Counted from the stretch's first letter, positions 17,161-24,891 are shown. The stretch is 24,891 nucleotides of DNA from a virus (IMGVR_UViG_3300047290_000145:1-24891); one strand, 5' to 3'. Program-made: numbers and translations. The notes: generated by a model from the letters alone, not told the origin.

Positions 17161-17288
17161 CTTGTCTCTTAGGGACTTCCGGCGTTTGACTTATTCTTTT
17201 TTCGCCCTTTCCCTTCTCAAGGATAAAGGAAAAGCCCGGAGTTTTGAATTTCAAAGAATAAGTCGGGCCATTCATAAATAATCCTCCC

Positions 17289-19571
17289 TCAATTTGGCCT
17301 TGGTCGCTTGTCAATTCGGTATACCAATTTTGGCCTCCCAACGGGAGGCTTGACTGTCTCTGTTCCCAATATTGTCCCACATTCCGTAAGGTGCGTAATG
17401 ATCTTTTTGAGCCGATCAGGGTCAACAAACTGGCAAGCGTTGGATACCTGCGACTTGGTAATTCCATCAAACAATCTGGACCGGACCTTTTTAACATCCC
17501 GATCCCAATCATTTTCAGAAATCTTTTCCGCTCCTTGCCCAACCATCCTGCGTGTATGCCAATTGCTCAACCGAATTGCCCAGTTCATATCGTCCAAATT
17601 GATCATTGGGACTTCTCCCATTATTCCGGAGATCCTTGAGCAGGCGGCAAGCAGGGCAAGCTGATTGACATTCTCTGCCGCCCGGCTCCAAAGCTCCGCC
17701 CGCATGGGATCAATCTTGTCATCCTCAATCTGTCTATCCCGGATCTGCTGCTCATGGTTGATAAATCGCTCAAGCGCATTGGGCTCGACATCCGCTTGAG
17801 CATATGTTGGCGTTAGATTTCCCTGTGGTACGAAATCATTGCGCCAGAATCGTACAAGGCGGAGAATTTCTTCTGGGATATTTTCCTGTTTGGCGATGGA
17901 TGTCTTGACATACCCCGGGCTTTCAAAAATGAGAAACCGGGACAATAGACCGTCCCTTGCCTGCGCCTGTGTGATTCCTTCCCAAAATCCTGTTGGGGTT
18001 GTTGTCGCAAGGATGACAAGGTGCGGGTGATTGATATCCCGTGTTCCCGCTGCTAATGCCGGGCCCCTGTACACGCTTCCTGCGCTTGTTTTCAATTCCT
18101 TGATTGTTGGGGCAATCTTAGCCAAATAGCTTGCAGCGCTGTTGGATTTGGCCACCTGAAGGAAGTCGCCAACTTCGTCAAGCTGGTACAACCGCACCGG
18201 ACCAATTTCCAGATCCGCAAGTAGCCCGGCATCCGATCCAATCTGAGACGACCCTAGAAGTTCCTCTGCCCCCGACTCAATCAGGATCCGCTTGTTGATC
18301 TTCCGCCCGTGGTCCTTTCCCGAACCCGTCTTGCCTAATGCCAGAACATATAAATTTGGATAGGTTGGGTAATTGACGAATGACCGGACCCGATTTCCTA
18401 CCACAACGCTCAAAAGGGCAAGTGCGCTTGCCAATGCTAGTTCCGGTTGTTTTTGTGCCGTCGTCCGAAGATTATGACCAATGACTAGGTCAAGAAATCC
18501 CGGATAGGTCAGACATTCTTTTGGGAACGGCTCATGGGTTGCTTCCGGAATAAATTCGATTGGATGACTGGCAACAGCATTTAGCCCCGGGCACGGATCA
18601 GCGATGGTTTCCATTCCTCCACCATATCCCATTTTCCGTAGTGCGGAACTGGCAGCGGAAAAATCTCCGCCGTACTCAAGATGCGCCAGCAATGAATAGG
18701 GGCTGTAATCTTCATCCTGTTCGAGACAGGGTGCGTTGCAAGTGTAGACATGAAGATTCCATTTCCCCGTTGGCCCAAGCATCAGAGATGCTGAATGCTT
18801 TTGATCGCAAGGCCCCGGCCTTATCCAATATTCCTGACGGGAATCGCTGCTGACATGACGCCAACCATGTGCTACAAGCAATCCTCCCGGATGTTCCCGG
18901 GAAAAATGATCCCCCGGCCTGTCTCCTGATTCCGAAACAACCCAAGAAGAAAACCCCGTTGCCATGTCTGGCTGAACTGCTGGCTTTTTGTCCCGGACCT
19001 GAAATCCCCTCTGTACCATACGGGACTTGATTTCCTCAAACAATTTATCCAAAGCCGATTCTAGATCCTCAACCGTGATCAAATTCGGGACCGTATCGAT
19101 TGTGTCATAAAGCCCCCCGCTAGGATGGACGCTGGGACCAACAACGACTTGCCTTCCATCTGACAACAACTCAAACGCCGTGATACAAGTCCATGTGTTT
19201 CCTGTTTTTGACGCATAGAACTTTGGTGCTTTGGATTTCATTGCCCCGTTAATCCGATAGAACCAATGTCCTTTGGGACGCCCTTCACGCCCCACGACGC
19301 AAGGTGTTTCAGGAAGGATTTCAGGTCCGACCTCAAGGGATATTTCATTATCAAGGTCAACACAAATCAGACCTTGCCCGCAAAGAATCCCAACATTCGC
19401 CCCCGGATGAAAATGCTGAATAGAGGCTTCGGTAAATTTGTATTCCTGCCACTTTTCCAAAACCGGGCCCTTGCTTTTATGCGGTATCGGAATCGGCCTG
19501 TAACCATTCTGATGGAGTCGAAGTGCCGCTGCAAAAGCCTTGTTTCGTTGTGCGTCCGTCAAGAAAACCAT
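17289..19571 (-). CDS. Bifunctional primase-polymerase fused to a DUF3987-like P-loop helicase
   Basis: Prim-Pol motifs 'NVGILCG..LICVDLD', 'GHWFY', 'VVGPSVHPSG..Y'; P-loop 'GKTGSGKD', Walker B 'YQLDE', 'DGLLSRF'. Confidence 0.88.
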   Translation of the reverse strand: MVFLTDAQRNKAFAAALRLHQNGYRPIPIPHKSKGPVLEKWQEYKFTEASIQHFHPGANVGILCGQGLICVDLDNEISLEVGPEILPETPCVVGREGRPKGHWFYRINGAMKSKAPKFYASKTGNTWTCITAFELLSDGRQVVVGPSVHPSGGLYDTIDTVPNLITVEDLESALDKLFEEIKSRMVQRGFQVRDKKPAVQPDMATGFSSWVVSESGDRPGDHFSREHPGGLLVAHGWRHVSSDSRQEYWIRPGPCDQKHSASLMLGPTGKWNLHVYTCNAPCLEQDEDYSPYSLLAHLEYGGDFSAASSALRKMGYGGGMETIADPCPGLNAVASHPIEFIPEATHEPFPKECLTYPGFLDLVIGHNLRTTAQKQPELALASALALLSVVVGNRVRSFVNYPTYPNLYVLALGKTGSGKDHGRKINKRILIESGAEELLGSSQIGSDAGLLADLEIGPVRLYQLDEVGDFLQVAKSNSAASYLAKIAPTIKELKTSAGSVYRGPALAAGTRDINHPHLVILATTTPTGFWEGITQAQARDGLLSRFLIFESPGYVKTSIAKQENIPEEILRLVRFWRNDFVPQGNLTPTYAQADVEPNALERFINHEQQIRDRQIEDDKIDPMRAELWSRAAENVNQLALLAACSRISGIMGEVPMINLDDMNWAIRLSNWHTRRMVGQGAEKISENDWDRDVKKVRSRLFDGITKSQVSNACQFVDPDRLKKIITHLTECGTILGTETVKPPVGRPKLVYRIDKRPRPN

Positions 19572-19664
19572 TTCCCGCTCCTGTCCTGTGGTAAAAACTT
19601 GCTTTCCCTGATTCTACGGCTACGATACAGATAGCCCCCATTTCCCGTGGCGGCTCCTGTGGTC

Positions 19665-19706
19665 ATGGCCGGGCGAGGAATCAAGTCCACCTCCCCGGCC
19701 ATTTTT
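19665..19706. promoter_or_regulatory. Strong hairpin upstream of the primase gene
   Basis: ATGGCCGGG-cGAGG...CCTC-CCCGGCCAT followed by a T-run on the plus strand; could be a plus-strand terminator or an mRNA structure. Confidence 0.55.
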
Positions 19707-19928
19707 ATTTGTGAGATCCGCTATCCCAAACCCTTTGCGGATCCCCATGGTGGTTTACGGCGCTGGCATATTTGCCCACCAAGCCAACGCTGTTCGGGAC
19801 CATGTGGACGATCCACACTTTCCTAAATGACCGCCTGTTCAACCAAGCGTGCATTCACCCGCCAGTCATCAAGAATAATATCACCTGTGAACTCTACTTG
19901 CTTATTCATCCCTCCACTCCACTTCTTT

Positions 19929-20102
19929 TCAATCACCTTGTAAATCAAGTAAATCAAAAATCATTTCCCGCCAAGGAAAATTTCCCTCTTTTATCATCAC
20001 GGTTTCGTTCCAGAGCTTCATAGCTACAGGATCATTATCTACAGTAGAACGAGAATAAACTTTCCCAGCAAGTAATCCCTTTACCACTTCTGTCGTAAGC
20101 AT
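19929..20102 (-). CDS. Small hypothetical protein (57 aa), possibly truncated by TGA
   Basis: Translated by hand: TAATG-coupled; MLTTEVVKGLLAGKVYSR...FPWREMIFDLLDLQGD*. Confidence 0.55.
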   Translation of the reverse strand: MLTTEVVKGLLAGKVYSRSTVDNDPVAMKLWNETVMIKEGNFPWREMIFDLLDLQGD

Positions 20103-20332
20103 TAGCTTTCCTCCTTATCCAAGAACCCAAGCACTTCCTGAATCACATCTTGCCCATACTTTTCCGCTGATCGCAGCGTTAAAAACTTCTGGGAAAGATT
20201 GTTTTCCAAAAAGGAATATCTTTTGTCATGATCGACAACTTCAACCCGGACGGCCCATTTGAACACCTCTTCGGGATAAGACTTTGAACGAAAAAACTGT
20301 AGCTTGACTTGCCTGCTGGGCTTTTTACTCAT
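20102..20332 (-). CDS. Hypothetical protein (76 aa)
   Basis: Start moved to ATG 20332 (MSKKPSRQ) with AAGGAG RBS and ATGA overlap. Confidence 0.65.
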   Translation of the reverse strand: MSKKPSRQVKLQFFRSKSYPEEVFKWAVRVEVVDHDKRYSFLENNLSQKFLTLRSAEKYGQDVIQEVLGFLDKEES

Positions 20333-20490
20333 TTTTTCTCCTTTAATTCTTCGTATGCTTGAATCACTTTCCATAAAGCGCATCGAATATGCCACTTGTA
20401 GCAATCATCAGAATGCGTTGTTTCGTTTCCCGATGTAAGATGCGCTTGGATCATTGAATCAATTTCGCCTTCGGTAATTGTCTTTTTCAT
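20329..20490 (-). CDS. Small hypothetical protein (53 aa) with His/Cys motif
   Basis: Translated by hand: MKKTITEGEIDSMIQAHLTSGNETTHSDDCYKWHIRCALWKVIQAYEELKEKK; GAGG RBS. Confidence 0.65.
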   Translation of the reverse strand: MKKTITEGEIDSMIQAHLTSGNETTHSDDCYKWHIRCALWKVIQAYEELKEKK

Positions 20491-20504
20491 TGCGTTTCCT
20501 CTAT

Positions 20505-22163
20505 TCAAAATGGCAAATCGTCATCTGGAACCAAACTTTCGTTTGTCTCCGGAATTTCAAAAATAATATCGACCAATTCCGGCCATTTTGATCCGGGAAT
20601 TTTACGGGCCCTTACCGCAGTCGGGCAATCGAATTGCTCGCTGTTTGCGATTTGTTCTGCTTCAACGGCTGTAGCTGGGCAAGGCAATTTGGTATGATTC
20701 CACCACCATATTTCCGCCTTCCTTCTTGCGTATCCCTTATGTTCCACGCAAATCCATTCTGATACTGATTCTCCTACTCCATAGTGATATATGGCCCGCA
20801 AAGTTTTTGGGGCGCTTTCGTCCGCTCCTTTTTTTGTGTGGACCATGTATTCCACTTTGTATATTTTTCTTGTTTCAATTTGTGCGACTTGGGAAATAAT
20901 TTGATTGTTTTGGTCCGGTTCCGTGTCGCATTGTTGCTTGGATCGCTCTGGGAAATTATGCCCGCAATCAGGACAAGCAGGAATTGCCGCATGACAAATT
21001 TCCTTGCATTCCGGGCAAGTTCTCATTGGAGGCTTTCCATCTCCAGAGTTGCCTTTTGGCCGTTCGTCTTCTTCCACTTCTGCATCGATTGGGCCATGGC
21101 GATAAATATTGTTGCCATAATCCAAAACAAGGCAATCTGCTTTCCCTTCACTTAAGCGGAATCCCCGGCCAACCATTTGGTAGTATAGCCCCCGGCTTGC
21201 CGTGGGCCTTGCAAGCACAACGCAATCAACACCCGGCGCATCAAAGCCTTCCGTCAGCACAGAAACATTTACGAGGATCCGGATTTCCTTTTGCTTGAAC
21301 TGCTCAATCATCAGATTGCGCTCTGGGCTTGGTGTTGATCCCGTAAGCAATCCCGCCATTTCCCCATGTCCATTTAACTCATTCCAAATGTGAAATGCGT
21401 GTTCCACCGAAGTTGCAAACACAATGATAGATTGCCTTCCTTTGGCTTTCTGCAAAATATCCCGCACCATAGCGCAAACAAGTTCGTCTTTATCGACACG
21501 CTCCGCAAGTTCCTTTTGAACAAATTCCCCGGCACGGATTTTAGTTCCTTCAAGATCTGGCAATGCTTCGTCCGTTCCGCATTTGTTTCGTAATTGACTG
21601 AGATATCCTTGCTCAATCAATCCCCGGATTGGTGCCGAATAGCACGCCCTTTGAAATAGCTTTCCCTCGCCATAGATCATCCCCCCGGCAAGCCGATATG
21701 GTGTTGCAGTTAGCCCCAAAAGCTTAATGCCCGGATTCCACAAGCGAAGTTCCGACAGGAGCGTTTGGTAACATGAATTTTCATCACTTCCAATCCGATG
21801 CGTTTCATCAACGATAATAATATCCCGCTTTCCCAATTCGGAACCTAATCGCCAAACGCTCTGGATCCCTGCTACCAACACCGTGCAATCTGTGTCCCGA
21901 AATCCCATGCCAGCGGAATAAATCCCGACATCCAAATTAGAATCCAACTGAATAAGCTTTTTATGTGTTTGCTCAAGAAGCTCCTTGACATGAGCCAGCA
22001 CGAGGACTTTCAGTCCATATTGCACAAATTCTTGTGCAACTCGTGCGATAACAGGAGTTTTACCAGATCCTGTTGGCAGTACAATCAGCGCAGAGTCCTG
22101 CCCCCGCCTAAATTCTCCATACGCCGCATCAATCGCTTCTTGCTGATATTTTCTAAGTTCCAT
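20505..22163 (-). CDS. Superfamily 2 helicase (RadD/YejH-like) with C-terminal zinc ribbon
   Basis: 'LRKYQ', 'PTGSGKT', 'DETH', 'TATP', 'LTEGFD', 'QMVGRGFR', CPEC...CPDC. Confidence 0.92.
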   Translation of the reverse strand: MELRKYQQEAIDAAYGEFRRGQDSALIVLPTGSGKTPVIARVAQEFVQYGLKVLVLAHVKELLEQTHKKLIQLDSNLDVGIYSAGMGFRDTDCTVLVAGIQSVWRLGSELGKRDIIIVDETHRIGSDENSCYQTLLSELRLWNPGIKLLGLTATPYRLAGGMIYGEGKLFQRACYSAPIRGLIEQGYLSQLRNKCGTDEALPDLEGTKIRAGEFVQKELAERVDKDELVCAMVRDILQKAKGRQSIIVFATSVEHAFHIWNELNGHGEMAGLLTGSTPSPERNLMIEQFKQKEIRILVNVSVLTEGFDAPGVDCVVLARPTASRGLYYQMVGRGFRLSEGKADCLVLDYGNNIYRHGPIDAEVEEDERPKGNSGDGKPPMRTCPECKEICHAAIPACPDCGHNFPERSKQQCDTEPDQNNQIISQVAQIETRKIYKVEYMVHTKKGADESAPKTLRAIYHYGVGESVSEWICVEHKGYARRKAEIWWWNHTKLPCPATAVEAEQIANSEQFDCPTAVRARKIPGSKWPELVDIIFEIPETNESLVPDDDLPF

Positions 22164-22180
22164 TGTTTGCTCCTGTGGTT

Positions 22181-22213
22181 AAAAAAAGGGCCCCGGGATT
22201 GCTCCAAGGGCCC
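22181..22213 (-). terminator. Rho-independent terminator between SSB and helicase
   Basis: Minus strand reads GGGCCCTTGGA-GCAA-TCCCGGGGCCC-TTTTTTT (GNRA loop, T7). Confidence 0.8.
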
Positions 22214-22230
22214 GTTTGTTTTGGGACAGA

Positions 22231-22659
22231 TTAGCCCCAAGGATTCTTCTTTGGCTCGACAGGAGCAAATCCTCCAGCCGGGAAATAGTTGTTGACCTGA
22301 TTCTCCTTTTCCCCGGATCGTTGGTTGTCACGAACCCCGACTTGAATCAACAGGGGCTTGTTGTGCCATTGACTGGTATCGTTGGCGGGACCAAAAATTC
22401 CCATAAGGGCCTTGAGCTTCTTATTGCCAATTTGCACGGCAATAGGGTTTTCTGCTTTTCGCATAGCCATGTCATACAGCCGTCGCCCCTTGTTTGGTCC
22501 CGAAAGAACCTCCCAAACGAACTGGATATATTCACCGCCATTTTGAGAGGTTTTGTTTTCGCTCTCAATCATGGCCGCTTCGTATTTCCCGGCAGGAATG
22601 GCTTCGTAGCCCAATGATCCCTCGACAGACGCAGCATCAAATCCAGACAGATTTCCCAT
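22231..22659 (-). CDS. DUF669-like single-stranded DNA-binding protein
   Basis: 'YEAIPAGKYEA...KTSQNGGEY....EVLSGPNKGRRLYD...NQV..Y' with a C-terminal 'NPW'; follows the Sak4-like ATPase. Confidence 0.8.
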   Translation of the reverse strand: MGNLSGFDAASVEGSLGYEAIPAGKYEAAMIESENKTSQNGGEYIQFVWEVLSGPNKGRRLYDMAMRKAENPIAVQIGNKKLKALMGIFGPANDTSQWHNKPLLIQVGVRDNQRSGEKENQVNNYFPAGGFAPVEPKKNPWG

Positions 22660-22663
22660 AGCA

Positions 22664-23437
22664 TTAAACTCCTGTGTTTTTGGCTTTCGCCAGTTCCTCA
22701 GTAAACCTCGTCCAATCCAAAGGCATTTCCTTTGGCATCTTCAACCGTGAGCCCGCACGACAAGTTGGGCCCCCGTCCAAGCGCAGCACACGCTGCACAT
22801 TACCTTGGTCTCCTTCAATTCCTGTAGCAATGGTTCTGCGGCCTTTATCCGCTTCCATTGCCCCAACACGCTCTCTATATCCCACGAAGCCAACAATGTC
22901 AGCCCATTCAATGATCAGGCTGTTAAAGTTCTCGTGTCCTCGTGGTTGCCACCTGTCATACGATGGACCTTCAGGGTTGGCAAAATTCTTGGACACAGCG
23001 TGTCCGATCAAAAATATTGCCATGTTTTTGCGTTCCCAAAGGATATCCAATCCATCGAGAATATGCCGCATCATTTCAGCGGCAATCACATAACCATTGC
23101 CATAGCCGCCAGCGGCTTTGACGATGCTGGTAACCCGATCCTTCTCCATAATGGCTTGATGGATCAATCGCTCAAGTGTTGTCGTGGTATCAAGCGCCAC
23201 GGCCTTGTAGTCATGCTCTTGTGTGATCAGTTCATTGATAGCTGACTTGACTTCCTCATAAGATGTCAGCTTGGGTGGCGTTTCCGCAAGGATGTTATTT
23301 AGCCCACTTTCAGTCGGGATAAACACAACCCCCGGGCATTGGGAAACGAATGTGCTTTTGCCCAACTTCTCTCCACCATAGATAAACATCCTTGGCGGAA
23401 GATTTGCCGTCTTTTTGATGCTTTTCAAAAAACTCAT
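22664..23437 (-). CDS. AAA_24 / Sak4-like ATPase (single-strand annealing recombinase)
   Basis: 'IYGGEKLGKST', 'TESG', 'VALDT', 'LIGH', 'EWADIVGF'; adjacent to an SSB gene. Confidence 0.85.
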   Translation of the reverse strand: MSFLKSIKKTANLPPRMFIYGGEKLGKSTFVSQCPGVVFIPTESGLNNILAETPPKLTSYEEVKSAINELITQEHDYKAVALDTTTTLERLIHQAIMEKDRVTSIVKAAGGYGNGYVIAAEMMRHILDGLDILWERKNMAIFLIGHAVSKNFANPEGPSYDRWQPRGHENFNSLIIEWADIVGFVGYRERVGAMEADKGRRTIATGIEGDQGNVQRVLRLDGGPTCRAGSRLKMPKEMPLDWTRFTEELAKAKNTGV

Positions 23438-23625
23438 CGCAAACTCTCCTTTCTGACTTCTTCTGCAACGATCTTGTGTAAGATCTCCAAGACCGTCACC
23501 TGCCCAGAATAGATCCCGTTCATGTATGTGTATTTGTCAGTCTTGTCGCTTTCCTGCCTCCCGTTTCTCGCCACATCCAACATCGCTTCGATGATGTATT
23601 TTACCCGTTCCCAATCGCTGATCAT
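23434..23625 (-). CDS. Hypothetical protein (63 aa)
   Basis: Translationally coupled on both sides. Confidence 0.6.
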   Translation of the reverse strand: MISDWERVKYIIEAMLDVARNGRQESDKTDKYTYMNGIYSGQVTVLEILHKIVAEEVRKESLR

Positions 23626-23798
23626 TATTCATTTCCTTTCAAAAGCTCTTCCCGTGCAATATTCAAGGACTTCGGTGCCGTTATGTGTAGCTGGACTTTC
23701 TTTCCAACTACGCTTCCAACAGAAATTCGGATTTGATCGCCAATCCAAACCGCTTCGTTTTCCATGCGGGTTATTACCAATGAGCCATAATCATCCAT
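23625..23798 (-). CDS. csrA: CsrA/RsmA-family RNA-binding translational regulator
   Basis: Translated by hand (absent from the ORF track): MDDYGSLVITRMENEAVWIGDQIRISVGSVVGKKVQLHITAPKSLNIAREELLKGNE; matches the CsrA pattern L.(I/L)TR...E...IGD.I...V......V...I.AP....I.REE. Confidence 0.88.
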   Translation of the reverse strand: MDDYGSLVITRMENEAVWIGDQIRISVGSVVGKKVQLHITAPKSLNIAREELLKGNE

Positions 23799-23800
23799 TA

Positions 23801-23941
23801 TTATTTTCCCCTAATTTGGACAGATATTTCACCAAAATTTTTCTCGTGATAAGTAGCCGTGAAAAGCACTTCTGTCCGGACATGATTTCCACGGCAACCT
23901 GCCACTACCAAAACAACACAAGCAAAAAGCATCCTTGCCAT
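23801..23941 (-). CDS. Small putative lipoprotein (46 aa)
   Basis: Translated by hand: MARMLFACVVLVVAG-C-RGNHVRTEVLFTATYHEKNFGEISVQIRGK; basic N-terminus, hydrophobic stretch, VAGC lipobox; AGGGG RBS. Confidence 0.65.
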   Translation of the reverse strand: MARMLFACVVLVVAGCRGNHVRTEVLFTATYHEKNFGEISVQIRGK

Positions 23942-23950
23942 ATTTCACCC

Positions 23951-24466
23951 CTATTTAATCTGTAGATGATTCCCACGAGGAAGCAACTCTGCGAAATCCA
24001 AAACTTCCCCGGCTTCAATTGCCTCCCGGATCTTATCGGAATCCGGCTCTTTTTTAATTCGGCAAAATTCGTCCGGAACTTCATAATTTTCGCAAAATTT
24101 TAAAGGGGCTTTGCCTCCATTGGCTTGGACACGCACTTTGAAAAGCTCCGTCTCCAATTTGGTTTTACCCGTGAGAAGCATAGCTTCTTTGATCACGGCT
24201 TTCATCCGGGCAATTTGGTTGAGGTCGATCCGCACAAGGCGTTGCAACCGATTAACTTCTTCTTCCCGTGCTTTAAGCAACGCTTCCCGGTTGCGAATGA
24301 CATGACAATAAGCCTCAACCTTTTCCTCGAACTGAAGGTCAAGGACATTGAATTCGTACGCAAGTTCCTCTTGCGCCTTGCCATCCGGTGTGCCCAGCTC
24401 CGCTTGGCTGTCCGCCAATGTTTGGATCCGTTCTTGTATCTGATTGGTGATTTGGAAAAGATTCAC
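23951..24466 (-). CDS. Siphovirus Gp157-like protein
   Basis: GTG start at 24466 (GGAGG RBS; overlaps the upstream TGA); coiled coil 'EEKVEAY..VIRN...EEVNRL', then 'KLETELFKVRVQ', 'EPD..KIREAI..GE...FAEL...HLQIK'. Confidence 0.8.
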   Translation of the reverse strand: MNLFQITNQIQERIQTLADSQAELGTPDGKAQEELAYEFNVLDLQFEEKVEAYCHVIRNREALLKAREEEVNRLQRLVRIDLNQIARMKAVIKEAMLLTGKTKLETELFKVRVQANGGKAPLKFCENYEVPDEFCRIKKEPDSDKIREAIEAGEVLDFAELLPRGNHLQIK

Positions 24467-24759
24467 TTTGCACCCTCCAAAATGGCCTTGGCGTCTGCGG
24501 GCCACCATTGCGTTTGGCTATGTGGAATAAGGTCGGCATCGACCCAACAATCAATTGGAGGCCCTCCATCAAGGACAAGCTGCGGAATCCTGCAATGCGA
24601 AGCAATTCGCTGCCGGAGTGGATCAATGACGGGTTTCCCGTCCCGATAGATCAGGAACTCAATCGGCTCACCTTTGAGCCGCAAGGAGGCCATCCTTGGT
24701 TGATCCCGGCCAATCCTGATTGCCGCCATAACCCAGTCAAACACCATTTCCGTTTCCAT
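24463..24759 (-). CDS. Hypothetical protein (98 aa)
   Basis: Start moved to ATG 24759 (METEMVFDW) with AGGAG RBS. Confidence 0.6.
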   Translation of the reverse strand: METEMVFDWVMAAIRIGRDQPRMASLRLKGEPIEFLIYRDGKPVIDPLRQRIASHCRIPQLVLDGGPPIDCWVDADLIPHSQTQWWPADAKAILEGAK

Positions 24760-24794
24760 CACAAATTCTCCTGTGAGCAGAGACAACCCCTGCA

Positions 24795-24844
24795 TTTGAG
24801 CGCCCGGGAGTCGAACCCGGGCATGGCCCCGATGGCCCACTCAA
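24795..24844 (-). ncRNA. Truncated tRNA-like element (T-arm plus acceptor-like stem)
   Basis: Minus strand TTGAGTG-GGCCATCGGGGCC-ATG-CCCGGG-TTCGACT-CCCGGG-CGCTCAA-A: canonical T-loop and a 7-bp closing stem, but only one internal hairpin. Confidence 0.5.
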
Positions 24845-24891
24845 CAAATCAAACGGCCAACAGTAGCTGATTCCAAGCCGCCCGCCTAAAG

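Noticed and set aside
17108-17542. 144-aa minus-strand ORF overlapping the primase end
   Set aside because: Alternate frame of the primase gene running into a low-complexity AT tract; not protein-like.
19705-19909. Short ORFs (28 aa MNKQVEF..., about 49 aa MHAWLNRR...) upstream of the primase
   Set aside because: Too short and featureless to call; may be a decayed or frameshifted gene.
1-24891. CRISPR array, integrase, IS element, intron/intein or genome-wide stop-codon recoding
   Set aside because: No spaced repeat array or recombinase motifs were seen; TerL, helicase and primase are of normal length; genes are intact under the standard code, with TAA and TGA stops.

Overview
A compact segment of a tailed dsDNA phage or prophage, with essentially all genes on the minus strand. 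Reading from the right end leftward: (i) an early, recombination and replication module (a truncated tRNA-like element, Gp157-like protein, small lipoprotein, CsrA homologue, Sak4/AAA_24 ATPase, DUF669-like SSB, SF2 helicase, primase-polymerase/helicase, AT-rich putative origin); (ii) sigma-70-like factor, PD-(D/E)xK nuclease and a BspA-type LRR protein; (iii) an AT-rich cassette (ParB-like fusion protein plus GT-A glycosyltransferase) next to the terminase genes; (iv) packaging and head genes (TerS, TerL, portal, a 1407-aa MuF protein, prohead protease-scaffold, decoration protein, major capsid); (v) head-tail connector genes. Three observations stand out. The MuF protein carries three degenerate repeats, a kinase-like domain and a probable ADP-ribosyltransferase, followed by a small candidate immunity gene. 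A phage CsrA homologue missing from the ORF track co-occurs with a CACAGGA(G) motif at the ribosome-binding sites of several early and replication genes. The ParB plus glycosyltransferase cassette looks like a DNA-modification module. All family calls come from motif recognition by eye; no database searches were run.
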